This document shows, piece by piece, positions 1 to 10,407 of a stretch of DNA of 48,846 nt. Below the pieces are notes generated by a model. It made no database searches. It worked only from the letters and a program-made list of their open reading frames with translations, and was not told where the DNA came from. The translations under genes were made by a program, and so were the position numbers. Every line of letters starts with the position of its first letter. Position 1 is the stretch's first letter. Origin of the DNA: Nitrospiraceae bacterium (GTDB lineage: Bacteria > Nitrospirota > Nitrospiria > Nitrospirales > Nitrospiraceae); NCBI GenBank assembly GCA_037442105.1, contig JBBIQV010000020.1, positions 1-48,846 of the forward strand, written 5' to 3'.

Positions 1-52
1 CGTCGGGCTTCGAACCCGCAGGTCGCAGGTTCAATTCCTGCCGGGCGCACCA
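1..52 (+). tRNA. tRNA-Arg(TCG), 3' part (5' end outside window)
   Basis: Anticodon arm cggg-CTTCGAA-cccg, T-arm gcagGTTCAATTcctgc, acceptor strand cgggcgc-A-CCA ending at 52. Confidence 0.85.
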
Positions 53-277
53 AGAGTGAAAGTTATTTGCGTAGGACTCACCCTCATCCGGCATGGTGGG
101 CAAAAGATGAGTGTTTTCTGCACCCATCCCTCTTGTTGAAATCCACCGGCACCAGGTAAGAGCAAGCGGCCAACAAAACGGATTGTACGGATTATTTAGA
201 GTGGTCGTTGAGAACGGCGCGAATCTTGGCGGCTCCTCTTGTGTTGGCATCTGTCGCGACTTGAATTTTGAGGCCAT

Positions 278-1804
278 ATGACGACGACCGACGTTGGGGC
301 TGAACGAGCTGGGCAGGCGGTTGATCCGAGCATCATCGTGGTATTCGGCGCGGATGGTGACCTGACCAGAAGGAAGTTGATTCCCGCCTTGTGCAACCTC
401 TCGATAAGCCGCCACCTGCCGGATCAATTTGCCGTTGTCGGTCTTGCCATCACTCCGATGTCCGCCCAAGAGTTTCGCGACAAGCTGGGTCGGGAGATCC
501 GTGAGTTCGCAGGGGACCAGTTCGATCTCCCCTTCCGAGCGTGGCTTGCGCCGCGTTTGTATTATCTGACCGGGGATTTTCGTGATGCCGTGGCCTACCG
601 CCAACTTCACGAATTGCTCGACGACGTGGGGAGGCGGCACGGCTCCCACGGGAACGTTCTGTTCTATCTTGCGACCGCTCCCACCTTCTTCCCCGAAATC
701 GTCCGGCAATTGGGAACTCGAGGCTTGACGGTGGAGCGGGAAGGATCATGGCGCCGGGTCATTATTGAAAAGCCGTTCGGTTCCGACTTGGAATCGGCCT
801 GCGCGCTGAGCCGGGAGTTAAGCCGAGTCCTGAAAGAAAGCCAGATCTACCGGATCGACCACTATCTTGGGAAGGAAACAGTCCAAAATATTCTCGTCTT
901 CCGATTTGCAAACGGCATCTTCGAGCCCCTGTGGAATCGGAGATACGTTGATCATGTCCAAATCACGGTGGCGGAAAGTATCGGCGTCGAACATCGCGGG
1001 CGGTACTACGATGCCGCGGGAGCGCTGCGCGACATGGTCCCGAATCATTTGCTGGCGTTGGTTTCACTCATCGCTATGGAACCGCCGAATTCTTTCGATG
1101 CGGATGCCGTGCGGGATGAGAAATCCAAGGTCCTTCGCGCGATCGTGCCCTTCAACCCGCTTGAGGTGCTGCGCTCGATCGTGGCCGGTCAATATGGGGA
1201 GGGGGCTCTCGGAGGGAGCCCGGTCCCAGCCTATAGGGCGGAGCCACTCGTGGCCCCTGATTCCGACACCGAGACCTTCGTGGCGATGAAGCTCCTGATT
1301 GACAATTGGCGCTGGGCCGGGGTGCCGTTCTATCTGCGCACCGGGAAACGGTTGCCCAAGCGGGTGACGGAGATCGCGATCCAATTCAAGGGCGCTCCGC
1401 ACATGCTGTTTCAGAAGACTCCCACGGAACATCTCGCGCCCAACCTGCTCGTCATTCGCATTCAACCGGACGAAGGAATCTCTCTGCGATTTGACGCGAA
1501 GATTCCTGGCCCGATGGTGCGAGTGGGGGCCGTGGACATGGATTTCCAGTACGCCAAGTACTTCGGCGACGCTCCGAGCACCGGGTACGAGACGCTGCTT
1601 CACGATTGTTTGGTTGGCGATGGGACCCTCTTTCAGCGGGTGGATAACGTGGAAACGGGGTGGAACGTTGTCCAGCCGATTTTGGATGTGTGGGGAAAGC
1701 TACCGCGTCACGGTGTACCTATCTATCCAGCCGGGTCCTGGGGGCCGCCGGAAGCGAACGATCTGTTGAAGCGCGAAGGCCGTAAGTGGAGGAATCCAGA
1801 CTAA
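278..1804 (+). CDS. zwf: Glucose-6-phosphate 1-dehydrogenase
   Basis: GADGDL Rossmann motif, [16 protein letters not shown] signature, [22 protein letters not shown] upstream. Confidence 0.97.
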   Translation: MTTTDVGAERAGQAVDPSIIVVFGADGDLTRRKLIPALCNLSISRHLPDQFAVVGLAITPMSAQEFRDKLGREIREFAGDQFDLPFRAWLAPRLYYLTGDFRDAVAYRQLHELLDDVGRRHGSHGNVLFYLATAPTFFPEIVRQLGTRGLTVEREGSWRRVIIEKPFGSDLESACALSRELSRVLKESQIYRIDHYLGKETVQNILVFRFANGIFEPLWNRRYVDHVQITVAESIGVEHRGRYYDAAGALRDMVPNHLLALVSLIAMEPPNSFDADAVRDEKSKVLRAIVPFNPLEVLRSIVAGQYGEGALGGSPVPAYRAEPLVAPDSDTETFVAMKLLIDNWRWAGVPFYLRTGKRLPKRVTEIAIQFKGAPHMLFQKTPTEHLAPNLLVIRIQPDEGISLRFDAKIPGPMVRVGAVDMDFQYAKYFGDAPSTGYETLLHDCLVGDGTLFQRVDNVETGWNVVQPILDVWGKLPRHGVPIYPAGSWGPPEANDLLKREGRKWRNPD

Positions 1805-2203
1805 GCCAGTGCGGTGTTAACATCCCTTTCTGCTTCCATCCACACCGTTGTCTCGTAGTCCGCGTTGAGTTCGTGACCAAAACCGGTTGGCTATAATCCC
1901 TCCAGAAATGTGGTATGGACTGGGCTAATTCGGCCAAGTTTGTACCCGGGATCTCTCCCCTTCGGGCCACACAGTGGCAGTTCAACTCTCCAAGAGAATT
2001 CTCTCAAGCCACTGAAAATGCGTTGACTTTTCGCAGTGGTCCATCGGCGCAGGGGACTTCCGTAGCGGTGGTATAGTTACTTGCATAAGAGAGATAGGTG
2101 CTCTGAATGACCTGAGCTGGTTCACGACGCCTGGTGGGCGCCGCACTTCAGGGACGACGAGAAACCACGATAGTCTCACTAACTAATTTTAGGAGTAGGA
2201 CTT

Positions 2204-2983
2204 ATGAATAGCCGGCACATTACACCGTGGATTGTTGGAGTGGCGGGTTTGCTTCTTCTCAGTGCATCAGGTTGCAGTACCAAATGGACGCAGTCCGGAG
2301 GCGACTTGACCAAACAGGGGCCCGTACAAGCCGATCGCTCAGAAGCGACCGGACGTGAGGCCGAAAACACGTCGAGTGCCGTGGCGTCAAACGAAGGCGG
2401 TTTCCCTGATCTGAGCCGTCGAGATGTTGATAGTGCCGAGGGCGGGCCGCTGCGAGGGTTTGAATCGCTGGCCCCAGGCCAAAGCCCGACGGAAGAACGT
2501 GTGCAGGGGTATGAACCACCGGCTCAAGCCCAAAGCCTGACGGAAGCACGCTTCAGCCAGGGTATCCGCCCCGCCAAGGAACAAGAAGCGGATCGTGCCA
2601 ACCGGAGAACTGCAGAGTTGCGTCGCGAGGAGGCAGCAGCCGTCGCAGCGGGGCTCAAGGATGTCTTCTTCGGGTACGACAGTTGGGCGATTCAAGAAGA
2701 AGGGCGGCAGGCGTTGACCCACGATGCGGAATGGCTCAAAGAAAATCCCAAGACTCTGCTCAGGATTGGAGGCCACTGCGATGAACGTGGAACACAGGCG
2801 TATAACATGGTCCTAGGCGAGAAACGAGCCAAGGCGGCGCGGAACTACCTCGTTGAATTGGGGGTGAGCCCCGAACAAGTAGCCATCGTGTCCTATGGGA
2901 AAGAACAACCGTTCTGCTTCGAACGAGACGAAGCGTGTCACCGGCAAAACCGGCGCGGCCACGTGCTGTTGCGCGCCAAGTAG
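2204..2983 (+). CDS. pal: Peptidoglycan-associated lipoprotein (Pal/OmpA C-terminal domain)
   Basis: Lipobox SASGC, GHCDERGTQAYNMVLGEKRA, VSYGKEQP, NRR; AGGAG RBS. Confidence 0.85.
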   Translation: MNSRHITPWIVGVAGLLLLSASGCSTKWTQSGGDLTKQGPVQADRSEATGREAENTSSAVASNEGGFPDLSRRDVDSAEGGPLRGFESLAPGQSPTEERVQGYEPPAQAQSLTEARFSQGIRPAKEQEADRANRRTAELRREEAAAVAAGLKDVFFGYDSWAIQEEGRQALTHDAEWLKENPKTLLRIGGHCDERGTQAYNMVLGEKRAKAARNYLVELGVSPEQVAIVSYGKEQPFCFERDEACHRQNRRGHVLLRAK

Positions 2984-3013
2984 CTGTCCGGGACCGTGCC
3001 AGATGCAGTCGAC

Positions 3014-3052
3014 ACCCCCCGCCCTGGTCTTCGGGGCGGGGGGTTGCTTTTT
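3014..3052 (+). terminator. Rho-independent terminator after pal
   Basis: Stem accccccgccc / gggcggggggt followed by tgcttttt. Confidence 0.8.
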
Positions 3053-3219
3053 CTCCCCATAAGCAGTCACACTTCCTTTCTCACGAATCCTGTTGGTGCT
3101 TCCAGAAGGGTTGCCGGTTCCCATAACTCGGCGTTGATTTCTGACAGCAAAAAGGGTATCCCTCTCCTCCAATGCTCCGAGCGAGAGTGGGTGGGTGCAA
3201 CCATCGGGAGAGGAGTTTT

Positions 3220-3540
3220 ATGGAGAAACGGACCCAACCGCGGTTCACCACCCAGTTCAGAAGTACGTTTGCCGTAAATCAAGTGGAGGGGCAGGGTAAA
3301 ACCGTCGATCTGTCCGTCGGCGGATGCAAGATCGAGAGCGATCGACCAATAGAAGCAGGGACACAGGTCGAGTGTCGCCTCTATGTTCCGGGGTTCGATT
3401 GGCCGTTGCGCATCGACGAGGCAGTTGTACGGTGGGTGAAGGGGCAGACGTTTGGATTGGAATTCGTCCATGTTCGCCCTGAGGAACAGCGGAAGCTCAA
3501 GAAGCTCATCAAGAACCTCGCTGGCGAATTCGGAAAATGA
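3220..3540 (+). CDS. PilZ domain protein
   Basis: RTQPR (RxxxR) and DLSVGG (DxSxxG) motifs; GAGGAG RBS before ATG 3220. Confidence 0.88.
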   Translation: MEKRTQPRFTTQFRSTFAVNQVEGQGKTVDLSVGGCKIESDRPIEAGTQVECRLYVPGFDWPLRIDEAVVRWVKGQTFGLEFVHVRPEEQRKLKKLIKNLAGEFGK

Positions 3541-3642
3541 CGACGTTGCCGGAGTGCCGACAGTTGGTTGACCACCAAACATTGGAGGCGGCGCTTCTCA
3601 CACAGTCGTAAGCGGTAAAGCAGTTTGTTCAGGAACATCCGG

Positions 3643-3966
3643 ATGGAAGAACAACGCAAATATCAGCGCTTCGATATCCAACTCTTAGCATCCTTCTCGG
3701 GGAACGGGGCGGCGGGCGGCGGCCTTGTCACCAATCTATCGCGAGAAGGCTGCTCGATCGCAAGCGAAGAGCCTGTTCGTCCCGCGACGTCTCTCGCCTT
3801 GCGCCTACGACTTCCGGAACAGCACTCCCCCTTGCGGGTTGATGTTGCAGAAGTGCAGTGGACGGGGGCAGGGGGATTCGGTCTGCAATTCATCCGGCTG
3901 CGACCGGAAGAGCAGGAGCAGCTTCACCGATTTATCAGCGTACTCGAAGCCAGCCAGTATAATTGA
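3643..3966 (+). CDS. PilZ domain protein
   Basis: RKYQR and NLSREG motifs, FGLQF C-terminal strand; AGGA RBS. Confidence 0.85.
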   Translation: MEEQRKYQRFDIQLLASFSGNGAAGGGLVTNLSREGCSIASEEPVRPATSLALRLRLPEQHSPLRVDVAEVQWTGAGGFGLQFIRLRPEEQEQLHRFISVLEASQYN

Positions 3967-4066
3967 GAACGCATCTTCTCGCTTCCTTCCTTTAGCCATA
4001 AGCCCAATTGCCTCAGCCCGCCGTTGATTTCTCGATTCGAAAAGCGTATCCGTCTTTTGAGGCAAT

Positions 4067-4390
4067 GTGGCTCGGAGCATCCGACTGAAGATGAATGCCG
4101 AACAGGAATCCAGGCTGATGGAGAATTCTCAGGAGTGGATCGGCGCTGAGGCGGCGGTAGGACTCCCACTGGGACATCGCCTGCGGCGGCAAGAGTTGAG
4201 CGGGCCGAGTCTCGTCGGACTCATCTGTGGCTTGAGCTTTTTCGGTGGGTTGGCGCTGGGAGGCGCATTGGCCTGCCTCTGGCGGCGAAGTTCGCGGCAG
4301 CCAGAGAGCTCGGCGCATCGGGACCTGGGCGAGAGCAAGAAAGACGAGGAGATCCTTCTCCTGACGACTTATCCAAGAGGCCGATCATGA
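4067..4390 (+). CDS. Hypothetical single-pass membrane protein (start uncertain)
   Basis: ORF with one hydrophobic Gly-rich segment; ATGA overlap with msrA. Confidence 0.45.
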   Translation: MARSIRLKMNAEQESRLMENSQEWIGAEAAVGLPLGHRLRRQELSGPSLVGLICGLSFFGGLALGGALACLWRRSSRQPESSAHRDLGESKKDEEILLLTTYPRGRS

Positions 4391-4932
4391 GTGACAATGG
4401 AAAAGAAATCGCCACGCTGGCAGGCGGCTGCTTCTGGTGCCTGGAGGCGGTGTATGACCAGATGAAGGGTGTAGAGTCGGTCGAGTCCGGTTACATTGGC
4501 GGCAAGGTGGAGAATCCGACCTACGAAGCGGTGTGTTCTGGTCGCACTGGTCATGCGGAGGCGGTACGGATCACGTTCGACCCGAAAGTTGTTTCGTACC
4601 GCGAGCTGCTCGAAGTGTTCTTCGTGACCCACGATCCGACGACGCTGAACCGGCAAGGCAGCGATGTCGGCACGCAATACCGCTCGGCGATCTTCACCCA
4701 CACGCCGGAGCAACAGCGGATTGCCGAGGAAGTCATTGTCGCAGTCACGAATGAAAAGCTCTATCCCAACCCCATCGTGACGGAAGTCGCTCCCGCCGGG
4801 CAGTGGTACGAGGCCGAAGTCTATCATCAGGAATACTTCGCTCGAAATCCGCTGCAAGGCTACTGTCAGTTCGTCGTCGGACCAAAAGTAATCAAGTTCC
4901 GCAGGCAGTTCGCCGCCAAGCTGAAAGCGTGA
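4387..4932 (+). CDS. msrA: Peptide-methionine (S)-S-oxide reductase
   Basis: GGCFWC active site, TGHAE, DPTTLNRQG.DVGTQYRS, AE.YHQ.Y. Confidence 0.97.
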   Translation: MSDNGKEIATLAGGCFWCLEAVYDQMKGVESVESGYIGGKVENPTYEAVCSGRTGHAEAVRITFDPKVVSYRELLEVFFVTHDPTTLNRQGSDVGTQYRSAIFTHTPEQQRIAEEVIVAVTNEKLYPNPIVTEVAPAGQWYEAEVYHQEYFARNPLQGYCQFVVGPKVIKFRRQFAAKLKA

Positions 4933-4966
4933 GGTATGAGGTGAGACCCGTAGTCCTCACTGCTGG

Positions 4967-5404
4967 CTACCGGGTGAACAGATCGGCCAGGCTGTCCTTG
5001 AGGTCGCTCAGCAGGTTCGGCTTCTGAAATATTTGCTGAGGTTTGACGATCACGTGGGTATCCGGCGGGCAGAAGGGGAACTCGAGTTTGGTTCGGCCTT
5101 GAATCCTCACGCGAAGCGCACCTTCTCGCAGGTCTGACGGCCGTTGGACGACCACCAGCGGATCGCGCAGCTCGATCACGCACGTCCTTTCATACCCGGC
5201 CCCCTGATAAGGCAGTGCGCTGACGAAGGGAACCCGATGCCGTCCGGTCGAAAAGACGGTATCCCCTTCACGTAACGGCCCTTCTGGTGCGATCGTGTAG
5301 AGGATGAACGGCACGATTAGCATGATCATCGCGGCAAGGCCGATAGACCACAGCGGAGGCCACGATTCTGCGGAGTCTTTTTTTCTCTCATCAGATGAGT
5401 TCAT
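4967..5404 (-). CDS. Hypothetical membrane-anchored protein
   Basis: 145-aa ORF with N-terminal TM helix; fills the gap downstream of ttcA. Confidence 0.65.
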   Translation of the reverse strand: MNSSDERKKDSAESWPPLWSIGLAAMIMLIVPFILYTIAPEGPLREGDTVFSTGRHRVPFVSALPYQGAGYERTCVIELRDPLVVVQRPSDLREGALRVRIQGRTKLEFPFCPPDTHVIVKPQQIFQKPNLLSDLKDSLADLFTR

Positions 5405-5573
5405 GTTCTGATCAGGAGCGGGCGGCCGTGCCGCGCTTATGCCTCAGCCGGCCCGACGGTGGTGACGAAACATTGCGCGAGCGATACGACCGGATTGGTG
5501 GCCTACCGTTTCGATGCCTGACTCAACCACTTCCTGCCAGGCCTTGTGCTGATTCTCAGAGCAGCGTTGTCCT

Positions 5574-6500
5574 CTAGCGTACTGACGGCCGGACGGGTTT
5601 CAGAAGCTCGGGCGAGGAGCTTTCGTCGAAAGGGTCGCCGTCGGGAGAAGGGGCGCTGTTCGCATCAGCTTGGGCTGTGGCCCGCAGCGACGCGAAGTCG
5701 AACAATGTGCGGTCCATCAGGAGCGAGGGCGCCACGTTCGAGAGCGCGGCGAAGATACTGTCACCGCAACCAGGGGCCCGCTGCTCCCACTCGCGCAACA
5801 GCGCCTTCACCTCTTTCCGTTTCAAATCTTCCTGCGAGCCGCAGAGGTTGCACGGAATGATGGGGAACTCCCGCAGCTCTGCGTAACGGGCGAGGTCGGC
5901 TTCTTTCACATAGGCCAGCGGGCGAATCACGAGGTGCCGTCCGTCCTTCGACCGGAGCTTGGGCGGCATGCCCTTCAGCTTTCCGTTATAGAATAGATTC
6001 AGGAACAGGGTTTCGAGCACATCGTCCCGGTGGTGGCCGAGTGCGATCTTAGTTGCACCGAGCTTCGACGCAATCCGATACAGGTGACCTCGGCGGAGCC
6101 GGGAGCAGAGGGAACAGGTGGTCTGGCCGTCCGGAATCAGACGTTTGACAATGGAATGGGTATCGCGCGCTTCGATGTGGAAGGGCACGCCGAGACGTGT
6201 CAGGTAATCGGGAAGTAGGTGAGCGGGAAAGCCCGGCTGCTTCTGATCGAGGTTGACGGCGATGAGGTCGAAGCGGATCGGCGCGCGCCGCTGTAATACA
6301 AGGAGAATGTCGAGCAGGCCGTAGCTGTCTTTCCCACCGGACAGGCAGACCATGACCTTGTCGCCGTCTTGGATCATGGCATAATCGGCAATCGCCTGTC
6401 CGACAAGCCGGCAGAGCCGGGTCTGCACCTTGTCGGTCTCTTCGCTGAGTCGGCTGGTTGGCATGGTGGGCCTCGCTCGCCGATCTGTTGTCTCTTGCAT
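5574..6500 (-). CDS. ttcA: tRNA 2-thiocytidine(32) synthetase
   Basis: SGGKDS PP-loop, [27 protein letters not shown]. Confidence 0.95.
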   Translation of the reverse strand: MQETTDRRARPTMPTSRLSEETDKVQTRLCRLVGQAIADYAMIQDGDKVMVCLSGGKDSYGLLDILLVLQRRAPIRFDLIAVNLDQKQPGFPAHLLPDYLTRLGVPFHIEARDTHSIVKRLIPDGQTTCSLCSRLRRGHLYRIASKLGATKIALGHHRDDVLETLFLNLFYNGKLKGMPPKLRSKDGRHLVIRPLAYVKEADLARYAELREFPIIPCNLCGSQEDLKRKEVKALLREWEQRAPGCGDSIFAALSNVAPSLLMDRTLFDFASLRATAQADANSAPSPDGDPFDESSSPELLKPVRPSVR

Positions 6501-6599
6501 GGCGGCAGCATTGTAACGTCTGACCGGCGCAAAGGGGAAGGGTTCTTGGAGGAGCCGGATACATGGTGGTCATCGGCGCTTATGAAGAAAGGGGATTGT

Positions 6600-6989
6600 A
6601 TGGGTACCTTGCGCGGCACATTCTTCATCACCTGCATCATCCTCTCAACCGTTTTTGTCTCGCTGCCGGTGTGGTCGGTGGCCGCACCGGCAGTTGATAC
6701 GATCAATGTGGAGCATCTGCCCAAGGACCCAAAGGATTTCCGCAAGCACGTGGATCAGATTATCGGCAAGGTTGATGGGTTGGTTCAGAAACTCAAAGGC
6801 AACAAGAATGCGGAGAGTATTGTGATGGACCTCCTCCAAACCAGGGACAATGTGCTCAGAGAGATCCCCAAGGTGGAGGGGACGCCGGATGGCGCCAAGT
6901 GGCTCGTCAAAGACATGCGTGAGAGCGTCGAGGCTATGCTCAAGCTCTTGAAGGTGCAGTACGAAAAGGCAGCCGGGATGGCTGAATAG
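6600..6989 (+). CDS. Hypothetical secreted helical protein
   Basis: Signal-peptide-like N-terminus from ATG 6600 after an AAGGGG RBS; Lys-rich helical body. Confidence 0.7.
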   Translation: MGTLRGTFFITCIILSTVFVSLPVWSVAAPAVDTINVEHLPKDPKDFRKHVDQIIGKVDGLVQKLKGNKNAESIVMDLLQTRDNVLREIPKVEGTPDGAKWLVKDMRESVEAMLKLLKVQYEKAAGMAE

Positions 6990-7138
6990 AAGTCCATTCT
7001 TGAACTTTGGTGGACATTTTCTTTCCCTCCTTTCGGTCTCTCTTGTCTCCCCACCGATCCTGGGCCGTTGCACGCTGAGTGCTATATTTTTCATGGAGCG
7101 TCAACGCCGGTCTTCCGGGAGGTCGCTGAGATCGAGCT

Positions 7139-8200
7139 ATGACAGGAGCCGGTTCAGAAACGGTCAAAATCGCATCGTCGATGTCGCGTGATCCTGAATG
7201 GACCTCGTGGTCGGATGAGAAACTGCTCGACGTGCCGATATGCGAACTGGATCTGGTCATCGAGGGAGGTTTTCTCGCCGAGCAGATCCAGCGACTTTAC
7301 ACCGAGCTGGAAGCCAGACAGCTTATCTTTCGTCCGCACTTCTGGTTATCGAACGAGTGGTTTACCCCCGACGGAGTCCCGGGTATCGCCATCCCCTTCT
7401 ATCTCGCCCATCCCCGGCTGGCGAGGCTGGAATCAACGCAGATGCTGGAAGTTGAAGGTGGGACGCCGGACTGGTGCATGCGTATTCTCCGGCATGAGGC
7501 AGGTCATGCGATCGAAAATGCCCACCTGATCCGCCGCCGTCGCCGCCGGCAGGAATTGTTCGGCAAGTCCTCCCAGCCCTACCCCGAGTACTACACGCCG
7601 AGGCCATACAGCCGCAGCTTCGTCCGGCATCTGGATATTTGGTACGCGCAGAGCCATCCCGATGAGGATTTTGCCGAGACCTTCGCTGTGTGGCTGGGCC
7701 CCGATTCCATGTGGGCGGTACGCTATCAGGGCTGGCCGGTGCTCAAGAAGCTCCAGTACGTCGATGCATTGATGAAGGACCTGGCGGGGGTTGCGCCAAA
7801 GGTAGTGACCAGGGAAGAAGTGGACGCGCTGCCCAGTCTGAAGCAGACCTTGCGCGAGCATTACGAGCAGAAGCGGAAACACTACGGCGTGGGGCGGCCT
7901 CCCTACTACGATTCGGACCTCAAGCGACTGTTCTCGGACTCGCCGACCCACGCCGATAGCAAGACGGCCGCAGGCTTTTTGAACCGCATCCGCAAAGAAG
8001 TGCGGCGCAAGGTGGCCGGGTGGACGGGGGAATACCAATACACGATCGACCAGGTACTGGAAGGCATGATTGGGCGGTGCCGCGAGTTGAATCTCCGGCT
8101 GGCGGTACCGGAGGAGCAGGCTAAGCTCGACTTCACGATTCTGTTGACCGTGCAGACCATGAACTACCTGCATAGCGGACGGCATAAGGTGGCATTGTGA
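7139..8200 (+). CDS. Putative zinc-binding metallopeptidase (zincin-like); start may be 7181
   Basis: HEAGH (HExxH) and YAQSHPDEDFAETF motifs. Confidence 0.85.
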   Translation: MTGAGSETVKIASSMSRDPEWTSWSDEKLLDVPICELDLVIEGGFLAEQIQRLYTELEARQLIFRPHFWLSNEWFTPDGVPGIAIPFYLAHPRLARLESTQMLEVEGGTPDWCMRILRHEAGHAIENAHLIRRRRRRQELFGKSSQPYPEYYTPRPYSRSFVRHLDIWYAQSHPDEDFAETFAVWLGPDSMWAVRYQGWPVLKKLQYVDALMKDLAGVAPKVVTREEVDALPSLKQTLREHYEQKRKHYGVGRPPYYDSDLKRLFSDSPTHADSKTAAGFLNRIRKEVRRKVAGWTGEYQYTIDQVLEGMIGRCRELNLRLAVPEEQAKLDFTILLTVQTMNYLHSGRHKVAL

Positions 8201-9219
8201 GACGGCTGCGCATTCTCGTCCTGATGCATGAAGACCTCGTTCCGCCGGATTGCCTCAACGGCCACGATCTCGCGGCAGTCGAGTGGAAGACGGAGTACGA
8301 CGTCGTGTCCACGCTCCGCAAGCTGGGGCACGATGTGCAGCCGCTGGGGGTGAAGAGCGATCTCGGCGTGATCCGGAATGCGGTCGAGGACTGGAAGCCG
8401 CACATTGCGTTCAATTTGCTGGAGGAATTCGGCGGGGTCGCGGTGTACGACCAGAACGTCGTGTCGTACCTCGAGCTACTGCGCGTGCCCTACACGGGAT
8501 GTAACCCGCGCGGCCTGATGCTCGCGCGCGACAAGGCGCTCTCGAAAAAGATCCTGTCGTTCCATCGGATTCCCTTTCCCGAGTTCATGGTCGTGCCGAT
8601 CGGCCGCGTCGTCAAACGGCCCAAGTGGCTGGCGTATCCGTTGATCGTGAAATCCGTCAGCGAAGAAGCCTCGCTCGGCATTTCGCAAGCCTCGATTGTG
8701 GAGGACGACGACAAGCTGCGGGAGCGTGTAGCCTTCATCCACAATAGCGTTGGGACTGGCGCGCTCGTCGAGCGGTATATCGAAGGGCGGGAATTCTATG
8801 TCGGTGTGATGGGAAACGGACACTTGCATGTATTGCCCGTGTGGGAGCTGCTCATGGACAGACTGCCGGATGACGCCAGGCGGATAGCCACGGCTCGCGT
8901 GAAGTGGAGCCGCAAGTACCAAGAGAAGTACGGGATCAACTCATGCGAAGCGAAGAATCTTCCGGAGGGAATGTCGGAGAACATTCAGCATCTCGCGAAA
9001 CGTGTCTATCGAGCCCTCGGTCTCAGCGGGTATGCGCGGATCGATCTGCGTATGGATGTGGCGGGGAAGGTGTACGTGCTGGAAGCGAATCCCAATCCAC
9101 AGATTGCGGCCGGCGAAGATTTCGCGGATTCCGCGGGAAAAGCCGACCTATCCTACCAAGATCTCCTGCAGGAGCTTATCAATATCGGCCTGCGCTGGCG
9201 ACCGGCAAAGGCCGCGTAA
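8197..9219 (+). CDS. ATP-grasp ligase, D-Ala-D-Ala ligase-like
   Basis: PYTG, DKALSK, VKSVSEEASLGI, ERYIEGRE, GYARIDLR, LEANPNP; GTGA overlap with upstream peptidase. Confidence 0.88.
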   Translation: MRRLRILVLMHEDLVPPDCLNGHDLAAVEWKTEYDVVSTLRKLGHDVQPLGVKSDLGVIRNAVEDWKPHIAFNLLEEFGGVAVYDQNVVSYLELLRVPYTGCNPRGLMLARDKALSKKILSFHRIPFPEFMVVPIGRVVKRPKWLAYPLIVKSVSEEASLGISQASIVEDDDKLRERVAFIHNSVGTGALVERYIEGREFYVGVMGNGHLHVLPVWELLMDRLPDDARRIATARVKWSRKYQEKYGINSCEAKNLPEGMSENIQHLAKRVYRALGLSGYARIDLRMDVAGKVYVLEANPNPQIAAGEDFADSAGKADLSYQDLLQELINIGLRWRPAKAA

Positions 9220-9357
9220 GGCAACATAAAACACCGCACGCTTGTCCCTCCGTATTCTCCTCGATCAGTCTTTCCAGGCCGCCCTCAACATTGCCGTCAG
9301 ACAGATCCGGGCCACCTCAGATCTTGCAGCCCAACACTGCGCGGCGCGTGGCGGGCC

Positions 9358-9798
9358 CTATTCAACCCAGATCAGGGTGAGGGCAAGCCTCTCTGCCGCC
9401 TCGCGCTGCCTGACATCGGCTGTGACGAAGGGGATGGCCAGGCCCGAGGCGGACTGGAACGTAAATACCGATGCGACGTGCAGGGCATCGAGGGTTCTCA
9501 AGCCGGTTTTCTGAACCAATTCCTCGGCTTGGCTGAGCACGAGCGATCCCACTTCCACCAATTCCCAATAGGCGCGGTCTTTGTGGAGTCTCGATCGGAT
9601 GGCAAGGAAATCCCGTTGTGTCAATTCACCGGCGGTCCGTCGCCGGCTCAGTGCCGAGAGGACTTCAACTGGCGCGACGACGGAAGAGAGAAACCGATAC
9701 CGTTGAAGCAGCCGCCGCGCAGTAGTGGACCCTTCCTCCTTGATATACCGTTTCACCAGCACGCTGGTGTCAAAATAGGCCCAGCGTGTTGCGGTCAC
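9358..9798 (-). CDS. vapC: PIN-domain toxin (VapC family)
   Basis: YFDTSVLVKRY and LRTLDALHVAS PIN motifs; overlaps upstream antitoxin. Confidence 0.9.
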   Translation of the reverse strand: MTATRWAYFDTSVLVKRYIKEEGSTTARRLLQRYRFLSSVVAPVEVLSALSRRRTAGELTQRDFLAIRSRLHKDRAYWELVEVGSLVLSQAEELVQKTGLRTLDALHVASVFTFQSASGLAIPFVTADVRQREAAERLALTLIWVE

Positions 9799-10073
9799 CG
9801 TTCATCCCGTTCCTCGCGAATCGTTCGCGACACCGGCGTGCCCCGTATAGATCGCGGCGTCCAGGAAGGAAGCGCTCGCTCCTTTTCTGCGGGACGCAGC
9901 AAACCAGCCGATTCCAGTCTCCGGATCACAGAGCGGGTTTCGTCGGTCCCTCGGACCAGTCTGAGCACAGCCAGTGGCTTGCCTCGTTCCGTGAGCAGCA
10001 CTTCCTGGCCGCCCCTGACGGCTTTCATCAGTTGAGAAAACTTTTGATTGGCGTCGCGTAGACCGATCTGCAC
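9795..10073 (-). CDS. Phd/YefM-family antitoxin (GTG start)
   Basis: FSQLMKAVRGGQEVLLTERGKPLAVL Phd motif; GGAGG RBS before GTG 10073. Confidence 0.88.
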   Translation of the reverse strand: MQIGLRDANQKFSQLMKAVRGGQEVLLTERGKPLAVLRLVRGTDETRSVIRRLESAGLLRPAEKERALPSWTPRSIRGTPVSRTIREERDER

Positions 10074-10090
10074 GGGGAGTCCTCCATAAT

Positions 10091-10134
10091 GTAGTGACAT
10101 CACTACTTTATGCGAAGAAGAAGCGGTCTGTCAA
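10091..10134 (-). promoter_or_regulatory. TA promoter with palindromic operator
   Basis: TTGACA (10134-10129), 18 nt spacer, TAAAGT; overlapping palindrome gtagtga-ca-tcactac at 10091-10106. Confidence 0.7.
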
Positions 10135-10304
10135 CCGGTCTTGCCAAGGAACAAAGAGTTGGAAATCAGATTTGGCGCAAGGAGAAAAAGAAAGGGGTCG
10201 GAGTGCGTCGGCACAAAGCCGGAGGAAAGTCGCGAATGAAGGAGTCGCACGAAACGGGGGGAGCAGCGGGGGTCAAACTGACCACCTGATCACACTCTTC
10301 ATCA

Positions 10305-10404
10305 CCGGAAGGAGACCTGTATTGGTCCGACTGCGCTGTCGAGCGAGCGCCTTTCCAAAGGCGCAGGCTCCGGGAGCGAGAGACCAACACAGGTCTCCTT
10401 CCGG
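10305..10404. repeat. 100-bp inverted-repeat (MITE/REP-like) element
   Basis: 23-bp IR ccggaaggagacctgtattggtc / gaccaacacaggtctccttccgg (1 mismatch); internal hairpin gcgccttt-cc-aaaggcgc. Confidence 0.7.
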
Positions 10405-10407
10405 CTC

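Noticed and set aside
2069..2085. Sigma-54 promoter upstream of pal (tggtat...ttgca)
   Set aside because: GG-to-GC spacing is 13 rather than the required 12
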